The notes under the pieces: generated by a model
Seen by the model: only the letters and a program-made list of their open reading frames with translations
The model's database searches: none
Told to the model about the DNA's origin: nothing
Shown here: piece by piece, positions 54,573 to 62,644 of the stretch
Layout: the number at the start of each line of letters is the position of its first letter
How positions within the stretch are numbered: position 1 is the first letter of the stretch
Source: Candidatus Udaeobacter sp.
Lineage (GTDB): Bacteria; Verrucomicrobiota; Verrucomicrobiia; Chthoniobacterales; UBA10450
DNA length: 64,000 nt
Direction: 5' to 3'
Assembly: GCA_036488345.1 (NCBI GenBank)
Contig: DASXHS010000079.1
Location: 1,092 to 65,091 of the forward strand
Program-made: the position numbers and the translations under genes

Positions 54573-55976
54573 ATGGGAAAAACGCTGCCATCTGGCGTCG
54601 GAGTCTGCTCGATCTGCGGCAAACCGTTGAACGCAAAAGGCGACTGCCTGGCTTGTCTGTTGCGGAGGGGATTAGACCACACAGCCATCGAAACTAAATC
54701 CACTGTTTTAGCATTCGGCGATTTCGAAGTTGAGCGACGCTCAGACGGTTCTTGCTGCGAACTCGGTCACGGTGCAATTGGCGTGACATATCTTGCTGCA
54801 GATAGGGTCTTGCGACGCCAGGTAGCTCTTAAAGTAATCGAGGTACCTCCCGCAGCCCGGGGCTCACAGGCTGTGCGTGACCGTTTTCTACGTGAGGCCC
54901 GCGCGGCGGCCGCCCTGCGCCACCCGAATGTAGCCGCTGTCTTCCAGTTTGGTACTTCGCCAGATGCCACCCACTGCTATTACGCGATGGAATTGGTCGA
55001 AGGCGAAACGTTAGCGGCGCGCGTGTGTAGGGATGGTCCACTTAACGCAAAGGAAGCTCTGAAAATTGCGATTCAGATTGCGCGGGCGTTGGTCGCCGCG
55101 GCAGCCCATGATCTCATTCATCGCGATCTGAAGCCGAGCAACATCATGCTGACCGGGGATTCGGAGGTGAAAGTCATCGATTTCGGCCTCGCCAAGGCGA
55201 TTACCGATGCCGGTGGTGAGATGGATCTTACACACGGAGAATTCGTCGGCACACCGACTTTTGCCAGCCCTGAGCAATTTGGGGGCGGTTCGGTGGACGC
55301 GCGCTCGGACATCTATGCGCTCGGCGGCACCCTCTGGTTTGCGCTCACCGGTTTGGCACCACACCCAGGCAAGACATTAGAAGACATTCGCGATCGTAAG
55401 ACGCGCGATCGCCTGCCGGTCGCGCAGTTGATCGCCAGAAAAGTTCCTGAACCGCTGGTAAAACTGTTGCGTTCTACGCTTGCCATTGATCCCGGGAAGC
55501 GCCCCGCGTCCGCTCGCGAGTTGATGGAAGCCTTGGAATCGTGTCGACGGAACCTTACTCGTCGTGACGGTATCCGCTCTGAGGAAGCTGCTCTGCGTAG
55601 CGAGGCATTTTCCAGAGCATTAACGAATGCCAAAGCGTGCGCTGGCGATCTTGAAAGTTTACAGGCGCTTTTCGATAGTGCGGTGAAGAAAGCCGCGGCC
55701 GTTTCGAAAAAACCGTTCAAACGGAACTGGGCTTACCTTCAAACGATGCTGCGTTTAATTCGCGCCTACCATCGCGGGGAATACGATCAAGTTTCCGATG
55801 ACGCGCTCGTGTGGATCATTGCAGCCTTGAACTATCTGGTGGACCCATTCGATTTGATTCCGGACAGCACCCCGTTTCTCGGCTTGGTCGATGATGCACA
55901 CGTAGTCGAACTGGTGACGGATAAGACTCGAAGAACGCTTGATGCGTTCATGACGTGGGAAACAACAGCACGCTAG
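54573..55976 (+). CDS. Ser/Thr protein kinase with an N-terminal CxxC...CxxC motif and a C-terminal DUF1232-like module
   Basis: The kinase motifs are VALKVI, HRDLKPSNIM, DFGLAK and GTPTFASPEQ. The N-terminus is CSICGKPLNAKGDCLAC. The C-terminus LNYLVDPFDLIPDSTPFLGLVDDAHVV matches the DUF1232 signature. Confidence 0.85.
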   Translation: MGKTLPSGVGVCSICGKPLNAKGDCLACLLRRGLDHTAIETKSTVLAFGDFEVERRSDGSCCELGHGAIGVTYLAADRVLRRQVALKVIEVPPAARGSQAVRDRFLREARAAAALRHPNVAAVFQFGTSPDATHCYYAMELVEGETLAARVCRDGPLNAKEALKIAIQIARALVAAAAHDLIHRDLKPSNIMLTGDSEVKVIDFGLAKAITDAGGEMDLTHGEFVGTPTFASPEQFGGGSVDARSDIYALGGTLWFALTGLAPHPGKTLEDIRDRKTRDRLPVAQLIARKVPEPLVKLLRSTLAIDPGKRPASARELMEALESCRRNLTRRDGIRSEEAALRSEAFSRALTNAKACAGDLESLQALFDSAVKKAAAVSKKPFKRNWAYLQTMLRLIRAYHRGEYDQVSDDALVWIIAALNYLVDPFDLIPDSTPFLGLVDDAHVVELVTDKTRRTLDAFMTWETTAR

Positions 55977-56019
55977 CGTAGAAATCTAAACATTAGTGCG
56001 GTTCGTCCCGCAACAGCCT

Positions 56020-56271
56020 TCACGTTAATAATTTCAGGACCGCGCCAGCTTTGGTGGGGATGGGCAAATCCTGGCCGACAACGAATTCACGCAGAGCAGC
56101 CGTTAGCCATTCGCGCGATGAGGTCGCCTCCTCAATGGTGATGTAAGTCGTCTCGCCTTTTTCTTTCAAACTGTAGCGCAAGATCTCGACCTCGATCGGT
56201 TCCTTTTCCCCCAGCAACTCGACTCGGGCGCGGACCCTTTTGTTTTTCGTGTCGATCAAAAATTCAGTCAT
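56020..56271 (-). CDS. Small hypothetical protein (83 aa)
   Basis: The ATG at 56271 gives MTEFLIDTKNKRVRARVELLGEKEPIEVEI. I recognise no family. The track start at 56289 is a TTG. Confidence 0.45.
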   Translation of the reverse strand: MTEFLIDTKNKRVRARVELLGEKEPIEVEILRYSLKEKGETTYITIEEATSSREWLTAALREFVVGQDLPIPTKAGAVLKLLT

Positions 56272-56409
56272 TTGTCCGATCGAGCGCAACTTTGTGTTGA
56301 TAGCGACTCGCGCAGTGAAAGCCAGAGTCGCATCTTTGGAACGATGAAGAACATCTCGCAGTCGCTTCGTAACAGGCGCTCCCAGACAGTTTACGATTCT
56401 CGTCAGCCG

Positions 56410-56988
56410 TTACTGATCGGGCGCCAGCAACTCGCGATTTCGCCACGCGTAACCAATCCCCGAATAGAGGGTCAAGGCAACCGTAACCCAGACCAACACG
56501 GGACCGGCTTGGTCCCATGCCCGCAGCCACCAAGTGGACGTCTCATTCACGTAATGAAGTTCGGCGATCGACAGGAGAGCGAGGAAGAAAACAATAGTAA
56601 CAATCTGCCACGACGTTTTTTGTTTGCCGAGGCTCTCTGCCGGCAGAATTCGCCCCTTAGTGCTTGCCATCATCCGCAGACCTGTGATCAGAAAATCGCG
56701 CGCCACAACAGTCGTCGCCGCCCATGCTGGCACCGCTTTCAGCGGAACGAGCGAAATGAACGCCGCCGCTACCATGATTTTATCCACGAGGGGATCCATT
56801 AATTTGCCGAAGTTCGTGACGACTCCGTAACGCCGTGCGATTTCGCCATCGATGAAATCAGTGAGACCGGCGATCAAAAAAATGACCAGCGCGGCGGTGC
56901 GCGCGTAGTCCCAGGATGAACTGAGCAACAAAACAAAAAGCACCGTCAACGCGAGCCGGCTCAGAGTCAGTCGGTTCGCCCAATTCAT
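56410..56988 (-). CDS. pgsA: CDP-diacylglycerol--glycerol-3-phosphate 3-phosphatidyltransferase
   Basis: It has the CDP-alcohol phosphotransferase motif DFIDGEIARRYGVVTNFGKLMDPLVDK and an N-terminal NRLTLSRL. Confidence 0.88.
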   Translation of the reverse strand: MNWANRLTLSRLALTVLFVLLLSSSWDYARTAALVIFLIAGLTDFIDGEIARRYGVVTNFGKLMDPLVDKIMVAAAFISLVPLKAVPAWAATTVVARDFLITGLRMMASTKGRILPAESLGKQKTSWQIVTIVFFLALLSIAELHYVNETSTWWLRAWDQAGPVLVWVTVALTLYSGIGYAWRNRELLAPDQ

Positions 56989-57416
56989 ACTGTAGCCGCC
57001 TCCGTGCGCGAGGTGTGGCGATAACTCTCAGGTTTAAACCGTGGTCGTTTCCAAATCGGCACTTTTTTCTTCAACTCGTCTACGATCCATTGGCTTGCCC
57101 GGAAGCCTTCGCTCCGATGCGAACTCGCCACTCGCAGAAACAGCGATGGTTCTCCTACTGCGATAAATCCAATTCGATGATGAATGATGACGAGCTTAAG
57201 ACGAAATCGCTCTGCGGCCAGTTCGGCGATTCGTTTCAACTGGTGCTCTGCCATTTCTCGATGCGCATCATAATCGATTCCGTCGATTTCACGGCTATCC
57301 TCAAGTAGTCGGACTACGCCCCAAAAATCAACAACCGCGCCAGCGCCGGAGATGTTGCTCACCCGTGCCGCAAGCGGCTCGTGTGTCACTGAAATTTCAC
57401 AAACGGCATTTGCCAT
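56985..57416 (-). CDS. moaE: Molybdopterin synthase catalytic subunit MoaE
   Basis: The sequence reads GAVVDFWGVVR...IDYDAHREMAEHQL...IIHHRIGFIAVGEPSLFLRVASSHR...IVDELKKKVPIWKR. The stop overlaps the pgsA start (ATGA). Confidence 0.8.
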   Translation of the reverse strand: MANAVCEISVTHEPLAARVSNISGAGAVVDFWGVVRLLEDSREIDGIDYDAHREMAEHQLKRIAELAAERFRLKLVIIHHRIGFIAVGEPSLFLRVASSHRSEGFRASQWIVDELKKKVPIWKRPRFKPESYRHTSRTEAATV

Positions 57417-57480
57417 GCGCTTAAACTGCTCGCTACAGTAACTTCTTCTAAGTTGAGCAGCCACGAAAGGAGATACAAGA

Positions 57481-58965
57481 ATGAACACGAATCAATGTGA
57501 TATTGGCCTGATTGGCCTCGGTGTCATGGGCGAAAATCTCGTCCTGAACATGGAATCCAAAGGTTTTTCGGTCGCAGTATTCAATCGCACCACTGAGGTC
57601 ACGGAAAAATTCATTGCTGAACGCGGCAAGGAAAAAAACATTCAGCCTACCCGCACGCTGGAGGAATTTGTCGGAGCGCTGAAAAAACCCCGTGTCGCCA
57701 TGATGATGGTGAAAGCGGGCCCGCCGGTCGATTCGGTAATCGGACAACTGGCGCCGCTTCTCGAGAAAGGCGATGTCATCATCGACGGCGGAAATTCTCT
57801 GTTCACCGATACCCAGCGACGTGAAAAAGAATTGCAGAACATAGGGATTCATTTCGTAGGCATGGGCGTATCGGGCGGCGAAGAAGGCGCGCTCAAGGGG
57901 CCGTCGCTCATGCCAGGCGGTTCGCGGGAGTCGTGGGAAATTATCGCGCCAATTTTCCGAAAAATCGCTGCCCAAGTCGATGGCGAGCCATGCTGTCGGT
58001 ACATGGGACCCGACGGCGCCGGTCATTACGTGAAGATGGTGCATAACGGTATTGAGTACGGCGATATCCAACTGATCTGTGAAGCGTACGCTATTTTAAA
58101 GGACATCCTGGGAATGGATGCGGCGCAGCTCGCAGACACTTTTGCAGAGTGGAACAAAGGCGAGCTCGAGAGTTATTTGATCGAAATCACATCGCAGATT
58201 TTTCGCAAAATCGATCCCGAAACCGCCAAGCCGCTGGTGGACGTCATCCTCGACAAGGCGGGCCAAAAAGGAACCGGTATTTGGACGCTTCAAGCTGCCA
58301 TCAACCAAAACGTCGTCATTTCCACAATCAACGCCGCAGTCGAAGCTCGCGTGGTTTCGTCGCGAAAAGAAGAACGCGTTGCGGCGTCCGAAATTCTGCC
58401 GCAACCGCGAGCTCGAACGTTCAAAGGCAATCGCGATCGTTTCGTCGATGCCGTGCGTGACGCGCTTTATGCGTCAAAAATTATTTCGTACGCGCAGGGA
58501 ATGGAACTTCTTCGCTCCGGAAGCACGACGTACAAATGGAACTTGAACCTCAGCGATATCGCTACGATCTGGCGGGGCGGCTGTATCATACGCGCCAAAT
58601 TTCTCAATCGAATCGTTGAGGCATATCGGCGTAATCCTGCGCTGCAAAATCTTCTGCTCGACCGATATTTCACCCGGGCCATAAAAAAAGCGCAGCCGAA
58701 ATGGCGCCTCGTTGTTTCGACCGCTATCAAGTTTGGCATACCGGTTCCCGCGTTTTCTGCGTCATTGGCGTATTACGACAGTTATCGCTCCGCTCGCCTT
58801 CCAGCGAATCTCCTGCAAGCGCAACGCGATTTCTTTGGTGCGCACACCTACGAGCGCATTGACAAGCCGGGCGTCTTCCACACCGAGTGGCTAGAGGCTA
58901 AGGAAACGCCAGCTGAAAAACCGGCCGAACCGAAAACACACGAGCCGCATCACGCAGGCGAGTAA
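57481..58965 (+). CDS. gnd: 6-phosphogluconate dehydrogenase (decarboxylating)
   Basis: The sequence contains IGLIGLGVMGENLVLNM, GGNSLFTDT, GVSGGEEGALKGPSLMPGG and HYVKMVHNGIEYGDIQLI. The SD-like AAGGAG lies 8 nt upstream of the ATG. Confidence 0.93.
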   Translation: MNTNQCDIGLIGLGVMGENLVLNMESKGFSVAVFNRTTEVTEKFIAERGKEKNIQPTRTLEEFVGALKKPRVAMMMVKAGPPVDSVIGQLAPLLEKGDVIIDGGNSLFTDTQRREKELQNIGIHFVGMGVSGGEEGALKGPSLMPGGSRESWEIIAPIFRKIAAQVDGEPCCRYMGPDGAGHYVKMVHNGIEYGDIQLICEAYAILKDILGMDAAQLADTFAEWNKGELESYLIEITSQIFRKIDPETAKPLVDVILDKAGQKGTGIWTLQAAINQNVVISTINAAVEARVVSSRKEERVAASEILPQPRARTFKGNRDRFVDAVRDALYASKIISYAQGMELLRSGSTTYKWNLNLSDIATIWRGGCIIRAKFLNRIVEAYRRNPALQNLLLDRYFTRAIKKAQPKWRLVVSTAIKFGIPVPAFSASLAYYDSYRSARLPANLLQAQRDFFGAHTYERIDKPGVFHTEWLEAKETPAEKPAEPKTHEPHHAGE

Positions 58966-59073
58966 GCACTCTTTGAGCGGCACGCTATCGGCTTTCAGAA
59001 TATCACCAGGGTTGCCTGCAACTACAGGCTGGCAGTGTTTGTTCTCCGGAACTAAAAGCTCTCTGCGAGAATT

Positions 59074-59925
59074 ATGAGACCATTTGGGACCGGACCCATT
59101 GGCCGATTTCTTCGGTTGATTCGTTTTTCTCATACGATTTTCGCGCTCCCCTTTGCTCTTGCTGCGCTGATCGTAGCCGCAAACGGCTGGCCATCGCCCA
59201 GAATTCTTTTCCTGGTGATCGTCTGCATGGTATTCGCGCGTACGGCAGCCATGCTTTTCAACAGGGTCGTTGACTGGTCGCTTGATCAACGCAATCCGCG
59301 CACGGCCTCACGGCACTTGCTCGTTCCAAAATTGTCGGCTGTCGTTTTACTGATTCTCGCTTCTTCCGGGTTTCTACTAACGGCCTCAGCAATTAACCGG
59401 CTGACCTGCATCCTCGCGCCCGTAGCGCTGACTTTGATTTTTTTCTATTCCGTCACGAAACGGTTCACTAGCGCGACACACTTTTTTCTAGGGCTGGCAC
59501 TTGCTATTGCTCCGGTCGGCGCTTGGATCGCTCAGACGGGACACATTGGTGTTGCACCTATCGTGCTCGCGACCGGCGTAATTTGCTGGGTGGCGGGATT
59601 CGATCTGATCTATGCCACCCAGGACTATGATTTCGACCGGCGCGAAGGAATTCGATCACTGGTGGTGAAACTCGGGATCACGCGCAGCTTGCGTCTCGCG
59701 CAGCTATTACATCTGCTGACGTTTGTCGCGCTCATCGCCTTTGGATTCATCGCGAAGCTCGGCATGCTCTACTACTGGTCGCTGCCTCTGATCGCGGCGG
59801 CGCTTGTTTACGAGCACAAAACCGAAAAACGCGATCTGGCCGGAATCAATCGCGCGTTTTTCCAGAGCAATGCCTTTGTCAGCGCGGTGTTTTTAATCGC
59901 CGTTTGCGTCGATCGATTGCTTTAA
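59074..59925 (+). CDS. UbiA-family aromatic prenyltransferase (4-hydroxybenzoate/menaquinone-type)
   Basis: It is multi-TM, with NRVVDWSLDQRNPRTASR (the NxxxDxxxD-type first motif) and a second YATQDYDFDRREGIRSL motif. Confidence 0.8.
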   Translation: MRPFGTGPIGRFLRLIRFSHTIFALPFALAALIVAANGWPSPRILFLVIVCMVFARTAAMLFNRVVDWSLDQRNPRTASRHLLVPKLSAVVLLILASSGFLLTASAINRLTCILAPVALTLIFFYSVTKRFTSATHFFLGLALAIAPVGAWIAQTGHIGVAPIVLATGVICWVAGFDLIYATQDYDFDRREGIRSLVVKLGITRSLRLAQLLHLLTFVALIAFGFIAKLGMLYYWSLPLIAAALVYEHKTEKRDLAGINRAFFQSNAFVSAVFLIAVCVDRLL

Positions 59926-59930
59926 ACTGA

Positions 59931-60064
59931 TGAAAATGACAAAGCACGAATGTAGAATGACGAAGGAAGCATGAGGCTCGAATGATGAAAAGTAAGCGTG
60001 CGACCGTTCATCAATAAGTCACTCGTCATTCTTTCGAGCTTCGGCATTCGGATTTCGGATTTGA
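59931..60064. repeat. Family-B composite repeat between convergent genes
   Basis: Left: tgaaaatgacaaagcacgaatgtagaatgacgaaggaagc. Right: actcgtcattctttcgagcttcggcattcggatttcggatttg. Confidence 0.7.
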
Positions 60065-60066
60065 CC

Positions 60067-60498
60067 TCACATCGCATTTAACATTTCGACGCGTCGTTCA
60101 TGCCGGCCGCCATCGAAAGCCGTCTCAAGCCAAATCCGCACAATTTTTAGCGCCAGGTCTTCGGCAATCAGACGTTCACCCATTGAGAGCACGTTCGCAT
60201 CATTGTGATGCCGCGAGAGCTGTGCCGACTCTTCGTTCCAACAAAGCGCACAACGCACGCCGTGCACCTTGTTCGCAACCATCGCTTCACCATTGCCTGA
60301 ACCGCCGAAGACAATGCCGCGATCGCACTCGCCGCACGCTACTGCTTCTGCTGCAGGACGAATGAAAAGCGGATAATCCACGGGTTCCTCGCTGAACGTG
60401 CCACAGTCATGTACTTCATGGCCGAGCGAACCGAGCAATTCTTTTACCTTTTCCTTGTAACGGAAACCGGCGTGATCTGAGCCCAGGGAAATTTTCAT
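60067..60498 (-). CDS. rpiB: Ribose-5-phosphate isomerase B (RpiB/LacAB family)
   Basis: MKISLGSDHAGFRYKEKVKELL...GIVFGGSGNGEAMVANK is typical of RpiB. Confidence 0.88.
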   Translation of the reverse strand: MKISLGSDHAGFRYKEKVKELLGSLGHEVHDCGTFSEEPVDYPLFIRPAAEAVACGECDRGIVFGGSGNGEAMVANKVHGVRCALCWNEESAQLSRHHNDANVLSMGERLIAEDLALKIVRIWLETAFDGGRHERRVEMLNAM

Positions 60499-60602
60499 CA
60501 GACACGAATTACACGAATTCCCACGAAATGGTAGGGCGCGTCACTCCTGTGCGCGCCGAAATCCCGCGCCCTGACGGCGTGCAGAGGACTGCCCGCCCTA
60601 CC
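60499..60602. repeat. Composite: tandem 9-mer (acacgaatt x2) plus a GC-rich ggtag...ctacc palindrome
   Basis: The tandem cagacacgaattacacgaattcccacgaaatg is followed by ggtagggcgcgtcactcctgtgcgcgcc...ggcgtgcagaggactgcccgccctacc, whose terminal arms ggtagggcg/cgccctacc are complementary. Confidence 0.65.
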
Positions 60603-60625
60603 GCCCACTTTCACGCTTCAACGGA

Positions 60626-61585
60626 TCACGCTCCGTGCAATTTCGCCAGCTCGCTCCAGAGCTCACGTTCGCGGTCAGTCAGCTTTTTCGGGATGTTGAT
60701 CTGAACGACAACGTAGAGATCGCCGCGTTTGCCCGAGACTCCAGGCAGGCCGCGTTCGCGCAAACGAAAACGCTGTCCGCCTTGGGTGCCTGGCGGAACT
60801 TTCAGTCGTACTTTTCCTTCGAGAGTTGGCACGAGCAACTCGCCGCCGAGCACCACCTGCCACGGCTCGATTCTTTCTTCGTGAATCAAATCACTGCCTT
60901 CGACTGAAAAATCCGGATGCTTGGCCAATCGCACCCGAAGAAAAAGATCGCCGCTTTTTCCTCCACCGGCGCCGGCTTCCCCCTGACCACGTAAGCGGAT
61001 TCGCTGACCTTCGCGGACACCGCGGGGAATTTTGACCTGATACTGCTCCACTTTGTCCGACCCAGCTCGCCGTAGTGACACGGTCCTTGTGGAACCGTGC
61101 AGCGCTTCCTCGAGTGTGACCATAATATCCGCTTCCACGTCGGCGCCGCGCTCGGCTGTCGCAGCGCGTCCGCCGAATCCGCCGAATGCCGAGCGACCGC
61201 GCCCGCCGCCAAAAAACGCTTCGAAGAAATCGCTGAACCCAGTTCCGCCGAACTCGAACTCAACTCCACCGCCGCCATCGCCGCCCCATTGGTGAAATCC
61301 GCCGCCGGGCTGCTGCGGCCCTTGCCACTGCGGCGGTGGCTGAAAACCGCCCGGCCGATTCCAATCCGCGCCGAGCTGATCGTACTTCTTCCGCTTTTCA
61401 GCATCGCTCAGAACTTCGTACGCTTCGTTGATCTCCTTAAATTTTTCTTCGGCTGCCTTTTTATCCTTGGCCACATCCGGGTGATACTTACGCGCCAGCT
61501 TTCGGAAAGCGCTGCGAATCTCGTCCTCGCTCGCCGTTTTTGGCACCCCGAGTGTTTCATAATAATCTCGAAACTGTACTGGCAT
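60626..61585 (-). CDS. cbpA: DnaJ-class co-chaperone without a zinc finger (CbpA-like)
   Basis: It has the J-domain [32 protein letters not shown], a Gly-rich linker and DnaJ C-terminal domains. There are no CxxCxGxG repeats. Confidence 0.85.
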   Translation of the reverse strand: MPVQFRDYYETLGVPKTASEDEIRSAFRKLARKYHPDVAKDKKAAEEKFKEINEAYEVLSDAEKRKKYDQLGADWNRPGGFQPPPQWQGPQQPGGGFHQWGGDGGGGVEFEFGGTGFSDFFEAFFGGGRGRSAFGGFGGRAATAERGADVEADIMVTLEEALHGSTRTVSLRRAGSDKVEQYQVKIPRGVREGQRIRLRGQGEAGAGGGKSGDLFLRVRLAKHPDFSVEGSDLIHEERIEPWQVVLGGELLVPTLEGKVRLKVPPGTQGGQRFRLRERGLPGVSGKRGDLYVVVQINIPKKLTDRERELWSELAKLHGA

Positions 61586-61633
61586 CTATTCCCAAGCTTG
61601 TGCCTCCGCTTCATTCGCGCAACTCTTTGAATA

Positions 61634-61855
61634 GTGCGCGAACTTGGAAAGTTCATCTTGATCATCGGCGTCGTCGCCTCACTAGTTGGATTGGTATTGT
61701 GGAGCGGTTTCGCGCCAAAATGGCTGGGCCGACTTCCTGGCGACATTCGGATCGAGCGCGAGCATTCCTCGTTTTATTTTCCGATCGTTACCTGCATCGT
61801 TCTGAGCATTGTCTTGAGTTTGCTTTTTTCGCTCTTCTCAATTTTCCGGCGTTGA
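61634..61855 (+). CDS. DUF2905 family small membrane protein
   Basis: 73 aa. LGRLPGDIRIEREHSSFYFPIVTCIVLSIVLSLL matches the DUF2905 pattern. It has a GTG start. Confidence 0.65.
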   Translation: MRELGKFILIIGVVASLVGLVLWSGFAPKWLGRLPGDIRIEREHSSFYFPIVTCIVLSIVLSLLFSLFSIFRR

Positions 61856-61936
61856 TTTCACACAACGGTCACAACGGTTCACAAAGGTCACGGAGTAAAA
61901 TCTTGTCGATGTTCCTTTGTGTTCTTCGTGTGAGAT
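61856..61936. repeat. Family-E short iterated/inverted repeat (cacaacgg / cacaaagg units versus cctttgtg / cgtgtga)
   Basis: In tttcacacaacggtcacaacggttcacaaaggtcacgg...gttcctttgtgttcttcgtgtgagatt, the two halves are roughly complementary. Confidence 0.55.
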
Positions 61937-61942
61937 TCTGCC

Positions 61943-62557
61943 GTGAAGCAGGCGAAGCAAATTGAGTTGACCCGTCACGTCGCGCGCCTACTGAGATGCC
62001 GCCGCTGTCCACGCATGCAATCCACGCCAGTGTCAGGCGGCGCGATCGTGAGCGATGTAATGATCATCGGTCAGGCGCCCGGTCCGCGGGAACCGATATT
62101 GAAACGACCGTTTGCGCACACTGCCGGCAAAACGCTCTTCCGTTGGTTCGAACAATTTTGCGGAATGGACGAAGCAGCCGTCCGATCGAAGATTTATTTC
62201 GCCGCCGTTTGCCGCTGTTTCCCAGGCAAGAATTCTGGCGGCACCGACCGCGTCCCTGCACCAGACGAGATTCGCAACTGTGCGATGTGGATGGATGATG
62301 AAATTCGGATCTTGCAGCCGCGTCTCATCATTCCCGTCGGCCGACTGGCGATCGTGCAATTCATCGACTGCGCAAAATTGGAACACGTAATTGGCCACAA
62401 ATTTCGAGTAGTGCATGGGGGCCACCGCTTCGACCTGATTCCGTTGCCGCATCCTTCCGGCGCGTCGCCCTGGCACAAAATCCTACCCGGCAAAGCACTC
62501 ACCGAGGGCGCGCTCAAATTGATTGCGCGGCACCCTGCAATCCGTCTACTGGATTAA
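61943..62557 (+). CDS. Uracil-DNA glycosylase superfamily protein (family 4/5-like)
   Basis: It contains IIGQAPGPRE (motif A-like) and LPHPSGASPW (motif B-like), with an N-terminal Cys pair CRRCPRM. It has a GTG start. Confidence 0.7.
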   Translation: MKQAKQIELTRHVARLLRCRRCPRMQSTPVSGGAIVSDVMIIGQAPGPREPILKRPFAHTAGKTLFRWFEQFCGMDEAAVRSKIYFAAVCRCFPGKNSGGTDRVPAPDEIRNCAMWMDDEIRILQPRLIIPVGRLAIVQFIDCAKLEHVIGHKFRVVHGGHRFDLIPLPHPSGASPWHKILPGKALTEGALKLIARHPAIRLLD

Positions 62558-62644
62558 TCTCGAAGCCAGGAGTCCATGAATTATCAATGGAGAGTTATTT
62601 ACTCTTTTCTTGGTTTCCTGGTTTCCTGATTCATCTTTTTCCGA

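Noticed and set aside
51850-56300. A possible genomic island integrated at the tRNA-Gly 3' end.
   Set aside because: I saw no integrase, no direct repeat of the tRNA 3' end and no obvious mobile genes. The content (sigma factor, kinase, secreted proteins) is compatible with core genome. Only the truncated kinase hints at a past event.
57448-58071. A 207-aa minus-strand ORF.
   Set aside because: It lies entirely antisense to the strongly supported gnd gene. It has no recognisable motifs and looks like a typical GC-rich shadow ORF.
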